Assembly: GCF_030144855.1 (NCBI RefSeq)
Contig: NC_082712.1
Coordinates: 12,152,001 to 12,216,000 of the forward strand
DNA: 64,000 nt
Source: Hypanus sabinus
Taxonomy: Eukaryota
Direction of reading: 5' to 3'
The first letter of the stretch is position 1; the number at the start of each line of letters is the position of its first letter. Positions 22,601 through 34,963 of the stretch are shown piece after piece. Below the pieces are notes generated by a model. The model made no database searches. It was not told the origin of the DNA and saw only the letters and a list, made by a program, of their open reading frames with translations. Made by a program: the position numbers and the translations under genes.

Positions 22601-24990
22601 TGCTCTTATTTCTTATCTTCTTATGGATCAATGTGACAGGTTGAGCCCTGTGATCGTGTCCTGTCTGCCTCCTCCCCCTGACATTCTGCAGAATCGCAAT
22701 CGGGATTAGGATAATTTCACCGGCTTGTGTTTTGTGCAGCAGTACATTGCGATCATCATCATCGGTATGTGCTGTGTTGTGTGATGTGGGCAATCACAGT
22801 CTCTTAACCATGATGAACACACACAAAATGGTGGAGGAACTCAACAGGCCAGGCAGCATCTCTGGAGAAGAGTAAACAGCTGAAGTTTCAGGCTGACCCC
22901 TTCATCAGGACTCACACCGTGCAGAACAGGCCCTTTCATGAGTTCCGATGCAGAGTCTCAGCACAAAACATCGACTGTTTACTCAATTCTGGTGGGAGGA
23001 ATGTTTGAAATTCTGAGATTGATGTGGCTGTTGGGCTGTAGTTTATTTTGCTCTCCTTCAGTTTCTGTTTTCTTTCTTGTTGCTGATTGGTGGGTTGGGG
23101 TTCTAGAGGGTTGATGGATTGTTCTTTGTGTGAGGGAGGGGTTAGGGATTGATGTTCCTGTTGCTGATTGGTGGGTTGGGATTCTAGAGGGATTATGTAT
23201 TGTTTTTTGTGTGAGGGAGCATTTACGGATTGGTGTCTGATGTTCTTGTTGGCTTCTCTGTGTGGGTGATCTGTGTGGGGAGAGGGTGTTGGGTTTGGTG
23301 TTGTCGGCCCTATATTTTTTGAGAGGGAGGGGGTTGGGGTCTTGGGGCTTTTGATCTTCTGACGATTGTCTTCCAGGTGGGTGATCTGTTTGGCTTTTCT
23401 GCGAGGGAGGGAGGCGGGGAGGGTTTGAGGTTTGAGAGATTTTTCTTTTCTCTTTCGTCTGGTGGGGTTGATGTCTTTTCATGTAACAAATCCCATGGTT
23501 TGTCTGGATATCATGGTTATCTGGAGAAGGTGAATATCAGAGTTGTATTCTACATGCAAACTTTGACAATAAAATGAACCTTTGATCCTTTCCCCATAGA
23601 CGCTGCCCGGCCTGCTGAGTTCCTCCAGTATTTTGTGTGTGTTGCTCTGGAGTTCCAGCAACGGCAGATTTTTTCCTGTTTATGACCATGATTGTTCTTG
23701 GCAATTTTTCTGCAGAGGTGGTTTCCATCACCTTCTTCTGAGCAGTGTCTGTCCGGGATGGGTGAGCCCAGCCATTATCAATACTCTTCAGAGATTGTCT
23801 GCCTGGTGTCAGTGGTCACATAACCAGAATTTGTGATCTGCACCAGCTGCTTGTATGACCATCCACCACCTGATCCCATGGGTTCACGTGACCCTGATCG
23901 GGGGCGAAGCAGGGGCTACACCTCTCCCAAGGGTAAAGTGAAGATGAGTGGAGGGAAGGAGTGACTTACACCTCCCTTGGTAAAGACGTATCTTCACCCT
24001 GACACCCTGTTATACATTGCAATACATATTAATTAAAAACTGTAAATTTCAATAAGAAATATATACCTACATGTATAATTTTAAATTAAATAAGTAACAC
24101 AAAAGAGGGAAAAATAGGGAAGAAAGTGAGCTGGTCCTCACTTTTCTGATTGTCCATTCAGAAATCCGACGGCAGAAAGGAAGAAGCTCTTCCTGAAACG
24201 TTGAGTGTGCATCTTCTCTGGGAAGCTTCCTGATCCTCCGTTAGAACTCCACTCATTCCTCCCAAGCTCAGGCAAGGCCCCGCCAGGGGGTCCATTGAAG
24301 TTCTGGGGGCCGCCCTGTGTGAAGGACCGTCTGAGATGGAGTTGTGGTGGGGAAATGGAACTCATCACCAGCTGAGGCTGGGAGTGGCCGATATAACATT
24401 CATCCCTGGAGTCTGGACACAGAATACAATGGATGCTGGAGGTTCCGACCCATCCCTGAACACTGCAGAAGATGCCGAGATGGTGTGGGAGAGAGCAGAG
24501 GCCTCTGTGGACGTGCTGGAGTCCGTCGTGGGTTGGGGACAGGCCCCTCCCATCGGTGCTGCCTTCCTCTTTTGCTCAGTGCTGCCCCCAGTGTTCACTT
24601 AGTGAGAGACAAGCTGGACCAGGACAATATCCAATCTACCATCCAGCTCCAAGCCAGACCACTCAGGAACTTGGGCAATATTATGTCTTTTTGTGACTGT
24701 ATGCTTTTCTGCCTCGTAACGATGTGTACTGTGTGCTGTTGCTACTCTGCTTTACACTTTGTCCTGGAGGAACACTGTTTTGTTTTGCTGTATGCACGTG
24801 TGGCTGATTGACAATTAAACTTGAACTTGAATGTGGCGACGGGTTCTTTTCCGGGTCTGATCTACAGTCAGATCTCACTCGGGGACAGACAGATAAACTC
24901 GGGGGTGGGGATTGATTAGAGAAAGGATAATGGTAGCAGGCTTCCCCCCACCCTCCCCATACCCTGCAGAATGTGTCAGTGGTTTCTTAC

Positions 24991-25386
24991 CTGGGGTGAC
25001 CTGCAGCTGGATCTCACTCTGGATCACATGCATATATGGGGGTTTGACGCGGTCTCCGCGAGGCCAATGATAATAATCATGCTGGCTTTTCCTGAACTCA
25101 GCCAGACACAGGTAGCTGTGACTGTCCTCCACTCTCAGCTGCTTTATCCTGGTCGAGGCGTTTCCCAGCTCTGGGTCCCCGACGAGCTTGTACCGCGTCA
25201 CTCCGTTTTCCACTGCCCACGATCCGTTTTCATAATGCCTGAAGGTGACGATGTGTCGGTAGGGATCCTTCCTCATCCACGTCACCGTGTGTGCGGTGAG
25301 GTTCTGCGGGGGCCGTGTGAACACACAGGGTAACGTGGCCGAAGCTCCTTCAGTCCCGTTCAGCACTGGAACACTCTCGCCGGGAG
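24991..25386 (-). CDS. Ig V-set exon 2 (Siglec-15-related, lacks the essential Arg, extended FG loop)
   Basis: Acceptor tgtccttccctcag|, donor G|gtaaga; 396 nt, phase 1-1; ATLPCVFTRP, TVTWMR, RYKLVGDP, EDSHSYLCLAEF; no stop codons. Confidence 0.9.
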
Positions 25387-25674
25387 CTGAGGGAAGGACA
25401 GGTGCCTGAATATATCAGTTAACCCCCACCAAACATGTTTAACCACTGACAAAATTTCCAGCCAACAAAGCAATAAATACTCCCCTCCGTGACCACCCAA
25501 AGGAAAAGACCCCCACATGTGTCTCACTCATTGCAAACTGTTCAAACTAGGGAAACTCTTTCGAATATAAAACAGCCCCATCGGACTGGAGGCAGAGAAG
25601 CCTAAATCTCACACCACCACGTTCAGGAACAGCTAATTCCCTTCAGACATTCAGTTGTTGAACCAATTGACACC

Positions 25675-26505
25675 ATCACTAATCAGTGGAGTGTAACAAG
25701 ACCAATCAGTACAGTCTAACAACACCAATCAGTACAGTCTAACAACACCAATCAGTACAGTGAAACACTGGCCATTACAGTGAAACAGCACAGATCAATA
25801 CGCTGTAACAACACCAATCAGTACAGTGTAACAACACTGATCAGTACAGTATAACACCAATCAGTACAGTGTAACAACACTAGCCATTACAGTGTAACAC
25901 CACCAGTAGGTACAGTCACTGTACGACGTCACTTCAGTGTAACAACACTAATCAGTACAGTGTGATAACACTAATCAGTACAGTGTAACAACTCTAGTCA
26001 GTACAGTGCAACAATACTAATCACTATAGTGTGAATACACTAATCAGTGCAGTGTAACAACACTAGTCACTACTGTGCAATAATGCTAATGACTGAAGTA
26101 TAACAACATTAACCAGTACTGTGTAAGAACATCAGTCACTACATTGTAACAACACTAGTCACTGTAGTGTGACCACTCTATTCACTAAAGTGTAATAACA
26201 CTACTCACTGCAGAGTAACATCTCTAGTCACAACAGCATAACACTAGGCATAACAGTGTCATAGCACTAGTCACTACAGAATTATAACACTACTCAGTAC
26301 AGTGTAAAAACACTAGTCACTGCAGTATAACAACACTAATTAGTACAGTGTGACAACACAATCACCACAATGAAACAACACCAGTCAGTATTGTATAACA
26401 ACACTAGTCACTATACTGTTACAGCCTAATCAATACAGAGTAATAATACTGATCAATACAGTATAACAACACCAGTCAGTCCAGTGTAATGGCATTAGTC
26501 ATTAA
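25675..26505. repeat. Degenerate ~23-bp minisatellite (consensus about AATCAGTACAGTGTAACAACACT), about 35 copies
   Basis: Recurrent CAGTACAGTGTAACAACAC units, seen directly. Confidence 0.9.
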
Positions 26506-28061
26506 CTTATTAACTTAGCTGTGGGAATATTTTGCATTATGAGCTGTGTGTGATGTGATACCGTAGATGTTTTCTGGGTGCATTGTGCTCCAGAGGAACG
26601 CTGTTACATTTTGTTGTGGAGATGTACAGTCAGATGACAATGAACATGATCTTCATCTGTACTTGAATCTCTTCTACACTGAATCCACTCCAGTGTGATA
26701 CTTACCTTACTGAAAGTGTTCAACAACCTGAGCTGGTGTGTTTGACAGAGAATTCTACAGTGAATCCTCTCCAGTGTAATACTTAATGTACTGAAAATGT
26801 TCAACTTTCTTATGTTTTGTGAGTGCACCTTGATCCGGAAGAAGGTGGTTTCACTAGAACACTAGAATACTACAACACAGTACAGGCCCTTCAGCCCTGG
26901 ATGTTGTGCCGACCCATATATTCCTTTAAAAAAGTACTAAACCCACACTACCCCGTAACCTTCTATTTTTCTTTTATCAATGTGCATGTCCAAGAGGCTC
27001 TTAAATACCCCAAATGTTTTAGCCTCCTCCACCATCCCTGGCAAGTCATTCCAGGCACCCACTACCCTCTAATAAAAAAAAACTTACCCCAATGTCTCCC
27101 CTAAACTTCCCTCCATTAACTTTGTACATATGCCCTCTGGTGTTTGCTATTGGTGCCCTGGGAAACAGGTACTGACTATCCACTCTATCTATGCCTCTCA
27201 TGATCTTTAGACCTCTATCAAGTCCCCTCTCATCCTTCTAAGCTCCAAAGAGAAAAGTCCCAGCTCTGCTAACATTGCCTCATAAGACTTGTGTTCCAAT
27301 CCAGGCAACATCCTGGTAAATCTCCTCTGCACCCTCTCCATAGCTTCCACATCCTTCCTATAATGAGGTAACCAGAACTGAACACAATACTCTAAGTGTG
27401 GTCTCACCAGAGATTTGTAGAGTTGCAACATGACCTCTCTACTCTTGAACTCAGTCCTCCTATTAATGAAGCCTAGCATCCCATAGGCCTTCTTAACTAC
27501 CCTATCAACCTGCGCAGCGACCTTGAGGGATGTATGGATTTGAACCCCAAGGTCCCTTTGTTCATCCGCATTCTTAATTAACTGACCATTAATCCTGTAC
27601 TCAGTCTTCTGGTTTGTCCTTCCAAAATGCATCAACTCACACTTATCCGGATCGAACTCTATCACCGACCTCCAGGCAGAATACTTTCCTTCCACTACTA
27701 CCCTCTGCTTTCTTCTTGTAAGCCAATTTTTTATCCAAACAGCCAAGGTTCCACTGATCCCATGCCTCATGACTTTCTTGATGAGTCTCTCATGGGGGAC
27801 CTTGTCAAATGCCTTGTTAAAATCCATGTAGACCACATCTACTGCCCTACCCTGATCAATTCCTTTTGTTACCTCTTCAAAAAACTCAATCAGGCTTGTG
27901 AGGCACAACCTTCCCTTCACAAAGCCATGTTCACTATCCTTGAGTAGACTGTACTTCTCCAAATACTCGTAGATCCTATCCTTAAGAATCCTTTCCAATA
28001 GTTTTCAGACCACTGACATAAGACTCACCAGTCTATAGTTCCCAGGATTCTCCCTATTACC

Positions 28062-30835
28062 ATTTTTTTGTAATTTTTTTATTGAAGTTCATCATCAAAC
28101 AAACATTTCCATAAGATGTATTTCAGACATTGTGCATATATATCATATAATCATATATATCACAAATCACATAGTATTTATCTGAGGTATACCCTTATAG
28201 AAAAGAGAGGAAAGAAAAAACAAGCAAAAGGAAAAAAACCATGTATAACTAGGGAGTGATCTTTTTTTACAACATATTCATGAGCTTTGGAAAGCCGAGC
28301 CACACTGCATCCAATTTTTCATCCAGGCGGTGTACGATGTGCTTCCAAGCCCATCAAACCTGCACACATGGGGCAAAGCAGAGCCATCAGTGTGCTCACT
28401 GTGTTCCAAGCGAGGAACCCTGGAGCACATCCTCAGCAGCTGCACAAGAGCACTAGGTGAGGGACGGTACCGATGGAGGCATGAAGACCATCACTGAAGC
28501 CATCAGCACAGGAGTGGAGTGGGCAAAGCGGTCCTGACCCTCCAAGCAGACCATTGCCTTTGTAAGAGCTGGAGAGCAGCCAATAGCCGCCAAAAGAACA
28601 TCTGCAGGTATCCTGACCTCTGCAAGAGACTGGCAGCTGTTGGTGGACCTCGAAAGGCAGCTGAATTTCCCCAACCATATTGCTGCCACCACCCTGTGAC
28701 CTGACATTGTCCTTGTGTCTGAGCCTACGAAGCTGGTGGTGATGCTGGAGCTGACAGTCCCATGGGAAGATCACTTGGAAGAGGCCTTTGAAAGGAAGCT
28801 ATCTAAGTATGCAGGACTGGTCAGCAACTGCCAGCAGGCTGGATGGAGAGCAAGGTGTCTCCCAGTGGAAGTTGGTTGTAGGGGATTTGCAGCCCATTCC
28901 TTAGCCAGAGCCGATGGCAATTTGGGCATCGAGGGAGAGAGGAAGTGGACAGCCATCCACAGTACCACCGATGCGGCAGAGAGGACCTCAAGGTGGCTGT
29001 GGCTCAAGAGAGTGGAGCCATGGAGTCATGTGTAGCTAGCCATCTGGACACAAGCTGGGGTCTGATCAGCCCCGGCTGGGTCACCTGGAGGAGGGTGTAT
29101 GATGTTGAAAAACCTGAAACACCCGATGATTCCAGGAACATCACTGATGATGTGTCCAGAAGCATCAGTAGATGTATGTACACGGATTGATTTGTGAGAA
29201 TAAAATCAGGCCTATGAGGCATTATGTAGTTAAACCATTTTTCCCAGTATGAATCAAATTGTTCCAGCTTATGATTAACAGATGCTGTTATCTTCTCCAT
29301 TTTGTAAATGTCCATTGTAATTTCCATCCATGCATTTAAAGTTGGGCTCTCCTGTGATAACCATTTCCTAGGAAGAGTCTTTTTACCAGCCACCAACGGT
29401 ATATTCATTAAACGTTTATCTCTTTTCAACCATTCTTGAGGTATATATCCAAAATATATGATCTTTACTCTCTAAGGATATTTCACATTTAAAGGTGTCT
29501 TGAAGGGCATTGTGTATCCCCCTCCAATAGTCTTTGATAACAGGGCAGTCCCAAAAAATATGATTTGCATTTTGATTTCCACAATTTCTCCAGCAAACAG
29601 GGAGGTTACTATCATAATGGGATTTCTGAGAGGGTGTAATAAAATATCTTATCAAGTTTTTCCATCCAAACTCCCTCCATTTCTGTGAACTGGAACACTT
29701 CCATTGATATCTCCATATTGTCCATTCTTCCTCAGATATAATTATCCCTCCTTCCTTCTCCCATTTTGTTTTAATGTATGAAGTCGAATGTATTTTAAGA
29801 TTTGACAACCCCTTATGCATGCTTGAAATGATTCGACTACTATTATCTGAATTATATGTTTTTCTAAATAGCTCTATCAAGCATGTACTTGCCTTGGTTA
29901 TATTTTTAAGCATCTTATTAACATATTGTCACATCTGTAAATACTGATAAAAATCTTGTTTTTTCTGTTTCTCTTTAAGCATTTCAAAACTGAACAGTGT
30001 TCCTTCTTTTATTATGTTGCAAAGAACTGTTATTCCTTTAGCTGTCCAGCCCTTAAATCTAGCATCCAATTTATTTGGTGTAAAATCCGAGTCATATGCA
30101 CACCATTTAAGAATTGCAATATCATCCTCTAGATTATATTCCATATTTGAAGAATCAATTTCACCCATGGGTTATCAATAGTATTTATGTACCTTTGCAG
30201 GGTGTTATCAGCCAAAATTGCTTGTATGGGGATCAGAAGTGCCCGCTCCTCAATGGTTTTTCCATTGAGTGTCATACGATGGGTTATACCAACATATCAC
30301 AGCTGTCAACAGTGCTGCAAAATAATAATCTTTAAGAGAAGGTGGGCCCCATCCCCTCTTTTCCTTTGCTAATTGCAAAGTTTTGAGACTAACTCTAGGC
30401 CTTTTACTCTGCCAAATATACCTTGATAACATCTTGTTCATTGAATTGATTTTGATTCATCTCTATTGGTAGGGTCTTAAAGAGATATAACAGTCTGGGC
30501 AGTATATTAATTTTAATAGACTCAATCCTTGAACTTCAACTGAAAAAAGGAATCTGGTTCCATCTTGCCACATCTTCCTTACTTTTTTTTATTTAAAGGC
30601 TGATGATTACATTCTGATAATTTTGCCAAATCTTTTGGCATAATGATGTACAAATATTTGAAAGACTCTGTGTGCCATGTCCAGGGATATCGACTTTCAA
30701 TTTCTCTTAGTGGGCTATAGTTATATGAAAGTAATTGGGTTTTATCTATGTTGATCTTGTATCCTGATAATTGACTATATTGTTCAAAGGATTGCACTAA
30801 TTTAGGTAAAGAGTATGTTGGTTGCCCTAGGTGGA
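28062..30835 (-). mobile_element. 5'-truncated L1/Tx1-clade LINE (ORF2 RT C-terminus and zf-RVT), split by HERO
   Basis: Poly-A tail (T-run at ~28063-28081); 11-bp TSD TCCCTATTACC at 28051-28061 and 30836-30846; fragments SGYKINIDKT, GWGPPSLKDYY, CWRNCGNQNANHIFWDC. Confidence 0.9.
28281..29186 (+). mobile_element. 3' fragment of an RLE-type (HERO/NeSL/R2-superfamily) non-LTR retrotransposon
   Basis: CSLCSKRGTLEHILSSC..GRYRWRH CCHC knuckle; PDIVL..VVMLELTVPWEDHLEEAFERKLSKY..VEVGCRGF restriction-like endonuclease motif. The host L1 rejoins as catattca|ttgatttg. Confidence 0.85.
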
Positions 30836-31970
30836 TCCCTATTACCTTTCTTAAACAAGGGAATTACATTTGCCATTCTCCAATCCTCCGTCACCTCCCC
30901 TGCAGCCAAGAGCATTCAAAGATCATAGCTAATGCTCCTGTGATCTCTTCTCTCACTTCCTTCAGCAACCTGGGGTATATCACATCCAGCCCTGGGGACT
31001 AATCAATCTTGATGTTTTTAAGAAGATCCAATACTTCTTCTTCCTTAATCTCCACATTGTCCAGCACACAGGCCCACTCTACTTCGATCTCATCCTGATC
31101 AAGGTCCTTTTCACTTGTGAATACTGAAGCAAAGTATTCATTTAGGACCTCCCCAACCTCCTCCGCGTCCAGGCACATGTTGCCTGCTTTATCCTTTAGG
31201 GGTCCCACCTTCATTCTTGTCACCCTTCTGTTCTTCACATATGCATAGAACACTTTGGGGTTCTCCTTAATCCTACATGCCTAGGTCCTCTCATGCCCCC
31301 TTCGAGCTCTCCCATGTCCTTTCCTAAGCTCCTTCCAGGCTACCCTATATTTCTCATGAGTCCCTCCTGCTTCCTGCTTCTTATATCTAACATATGCTTC
31401 CTTCTTCCTCTAGACGAGTTGCCTCACGTGTTTTGTCAGCCACGGTTCCCTTTTCCTACCATTTTTTCCTTGTCTCAGTGGGACAAACCTATCCTGAACC
31501 CAGCACAACTGGTCCCTAAACTTCTCCCACATTACTTCTGTGCTTTCACCCTTGAACATCTGTTTCCAATTTACTCTCGCTAGTTCCTACACCATCCCTT
31601 CATTATTAGCCCTTACCCAGTTAAGCACTTTCCCATTTTGTCTGTTTTTATCCTTTTCCATAGCTCTGCTGAAGCTAAGGGAGTTGTGGTCACTCTCACC
31701 AAAATGCTCCCCCACCAAGAGGTCTGTCACCTGACCAGGTTCATTACCCAGAACCAGATCCAGTTAAGCCTCTCCTCTCATCGGCCGGTCCACATACTCT
31801 GTCAGGAATCCTTCTTGAACACACCTGACAAATTTAGCCCCATCTATCCATCTTGCAGTCAGGAGGTGCCAGTCAATAGACAATAGACAATAGACAATAG
31901 GTGCAGAAGCAGATCATTCGGCCCCTCGAGTCTGCACCGCCATTCTGAGATCATGGCTGATCATTCACTA

Positions 31971-34961
31971 TCAATACCCAGTCCCTGCCTTGTCCCCATA
32001 TCCCTTGATTCCCCTATCCATCAGATATCTATCTAGCTCCTTCTTGAAAGCATCCAGAGAATTGGCCTCCACCGTCTTCCGAGGCAGTGCATTCCACACC
32101 TCCACAACTCTCTGGGAGAAGAAGCTCTTCCTCAACTCTGTTTTAAATAACTGACCTCTTATTCTCAATCCATGCCCTCTGGTACTGGTCTCTCCCAACA
32201 TCTGGAACATATTTCCTGCCTCAATCCTATCAAATCCTTTAATTATCTTAAACGTTTCAATCCGATCCCCTCTCAATCTCCTCAATTCCAGCGTGTACAA
32301 GCCCAATCTCTCCAATCTTTCTGCGTAAGACAGCCCTGCCATCCCAGGAATCAACCTAGTGAATCTACGCTGCACTTCCTCAACTGCCAGAATGTCCTTC
32401 CTTAAACCTGGAGACCAAAACTGTACACAATATTCCAGGTGTGGTCTCACCAGGGCCCTGTACAAATGCAAAAGGACATCCTTGCTCTTGTATTCAATTC
32501 CCCTTGTAACAAAGGCCAACATTCCATTTGCCCTCTTCACTGCCTGTTGCACTTGCTCATTCACCTTCATTGACTGGTGAACTAAGACTCCTAGGTCTCT
32601 TTGCATTTCTCCCTTACCTAACTCTACACCGTTCAGACAATACTCTGCCCTCTTGTTCCTGATTCCAAAGTGGATAACTTCACATTTATTCACATTGAAT
32701 GACATCTGCCAAGTATCTGCCCACTCACCCAGCCTATCCAAGTCTCCCTGTATTCTCCTAACGTCCTCTTCGCATGTCACACTGCCACCCAGTTTAGTAT
32801 CGTCAGCAAACTTGCTGATATAGTTTTCAATGCCCTCATCTAAATCATTGACATAAATCGTAAAGAGCTGTGGTCCCAATACAGAGCCCTGTGGTACCCC
32901 ACTAGTCACCTCCAGTCAGTCCGAGAAACACCCATTCACTGATACCCTTTGCTTTCTATCTGCCAACCAGTTTTCTATCCATGTTGAAACCCTGCCCCCA
33001 ATGCCATGAGCTCTGATTTTACTCACCAATCTCCTATGTGGCACCTTATCGAATGCCTTCTGAAATCTAGGTATACAACATCCACTGGCTTACCCTCATC
33101 TAACATCCTTGTTACAACCTCAAAAAACTCCAACAGATTAGTCAAGCATGATTTGCCCTTGGTAAATCCATGCTGGCTCAGCCTAATCCTATTTCTGCCA
33201 TCTAGATGTGCCACTGTTTCGTCCTTAATAATGGACTCAAGCATCTTCCCCATGACTGACGTTATGCTAACAGGGCGATAGATCTCCATTTTCTCCTTCC
33301 CTCCCTTCTTGAAAAGTGGGATAACACTAGCCACTCTCCAACCTTCAGGAACTGATCCTGAATCTAAGGAACATTGGAAAATGATTACCAATGCATCCGC
33401 AATTTCCTGAGCCACCTCTTTTAGAACCCTTGGATGCAGACCAAACGGACCCGGGGATTTATTAGCCTTCATTCCTACCAGTCTACTCATCACAGATTCT
33501 TTCCGAATGTCAATCTGTCTCAATTCCTCTGATATCTTATGACCCTGGCCCATCCATACATCTGGGAGATTGCTTGTGTCCTCCCTGGTGAAGACAGATC
33601 TAAAGTACGCATTAAATTCTGTTGCCATTTCCCTGTTTCCCATAACAATTTCTCCCAATTCATTCTTCAAGGAGCCAACATTGTTCTTAACTATCTTCTT
33701 TCTCTTCACATAGCTAAAAAAAGCTTTTGCTATCCCCTTTTATATTCCTGGCTAGACTGAGCTCATACCTGATTTTTTCTCTCTGTATTGCTTTTTTAGT
33801 TAAGATCTGCTGTTCCTTAAAACTTTCCCAATCATCTGTATTCCCACTCATCTTAGCCCTGTCATACTTCTTTTTCTTTAATGCAATACAATCTCTGACT
33901 TCCTTTGTCAACCACTGTGGCCCCTTCCCCCTCTTTGAATCCTTCCTTCTCATTGGAATGAACTGCTTTTGCATCTTTTGTATTATGCCCAAGAATATCT
34001 GCCACTGCTGATCCACTGTCTTTCCTGCCAGGGCATCCGCCCATTTAACTTTGGCCAGCTCTTCCCTCATGGCTCCGTAGTCTCCTTTATTTAATTGCAA
34101 CACTGACACCTCTGATCTGCCCTTATCCCTCTCAAATTGTAGATGAAAACTTATCATGTTATGATCACTACATCCTAATGGCTCCTTTACTTCAAGATCA
34201 CTTATCAATTCCTGTTCATTACACATCACCAAGTCCAAAATAGCCTCGTTCCTGGTTGGCTCAAGCACAAGCTGTTCCAAAAATACATCCCTTAGACACT
34301 CCACAAACTCCCTATCCTGGGGTCCAGCACCTACCTGATTCTCCCAGTTCACCTGCATGTTGAAATCTCCCATAACGACTGCATTACCTTTAGCACATGC
34401 CAATGTTAACTCCCTAATCAACTTGTACCCAATATCCATGCTACTGTTTGGGGGCCTGTACACAACACCCATTAGGGTCTTTTTACCCTTACTGTTCCTC
34501 AGCTCAATCCACACAGACTCTACTTCCCCTGTTCCCAAGTCACCTCTTGCTAAGGATTGAATCTCATTCCTCACCAACAGGGCCACCCCACCCTCTCTTC
34601 CCATATTTCTGTTTCTACGTTAGCACGTATACCCTGGTACACTCAATTCCCAGGCCTGATCCCCTTGCAGCCATGTCTCCGTTATCCCAACAATATCGTA
34701 GTTCCCCATTTTCATCCGAGCTTCAAGCTCATCTGTCTTATTTCTGACACTACGCGCATTCAAGTATAGAATTCTTAGCCCATTCCTCCTCTCTTTGTTT
34801 AAAACACTGTCTACTGTACCTAACCCAGCTCCTTGAACTTCCATCGGGCTAATTGCACCCTGAATTTTGATGACCTTCTCAAGATCACCCAAACCTTCTA
34901 CACATTTAACCCCATGCTCCTTCTGACCAACCCTCTTGATCTGGATCCCTGCCCCCTGCAC
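31971..34961 (-). pseudogene. CR1 ORF2 (APE endonuclease and RT) with a few stops/frameshifts
   Basis: [54 protein letters not shown]. Confidence 0.93.
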
Positions 34962-34963
34962 AT

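Larger units (their letters stand above)
26860..31870 (-). mobile_element. CR1 LINE (RT and APE parts) split by an L1/Tx1 insertion at 28062-30835
   Basis: ORF 27207-27998 ([23 protein letters not shown]); continues at 30836-31870 (KAFYAYV..KIKEEEVL..LKNIKID). Confidence 0.9.

Noticed and set aside
22979-23482. 167-aa Pro/Gln/Thr-rich ORF
   Set aside because: It is the translation of a duplicated ~90-bp low-complexity repeat tail, with no splice or domain support.
20742-24990. Ig C2-set exon expected for canonical Siglec-15
   Set aside because: I found no phase-1 exon with C..W..C spacing in the non-repeat parts of this intron.
25675-26505. CRISPR-like array
   Set aside because: The units are contiguous degenerate tandem repeats with no unique spacers, in a eukaryotic context with no cas genes.
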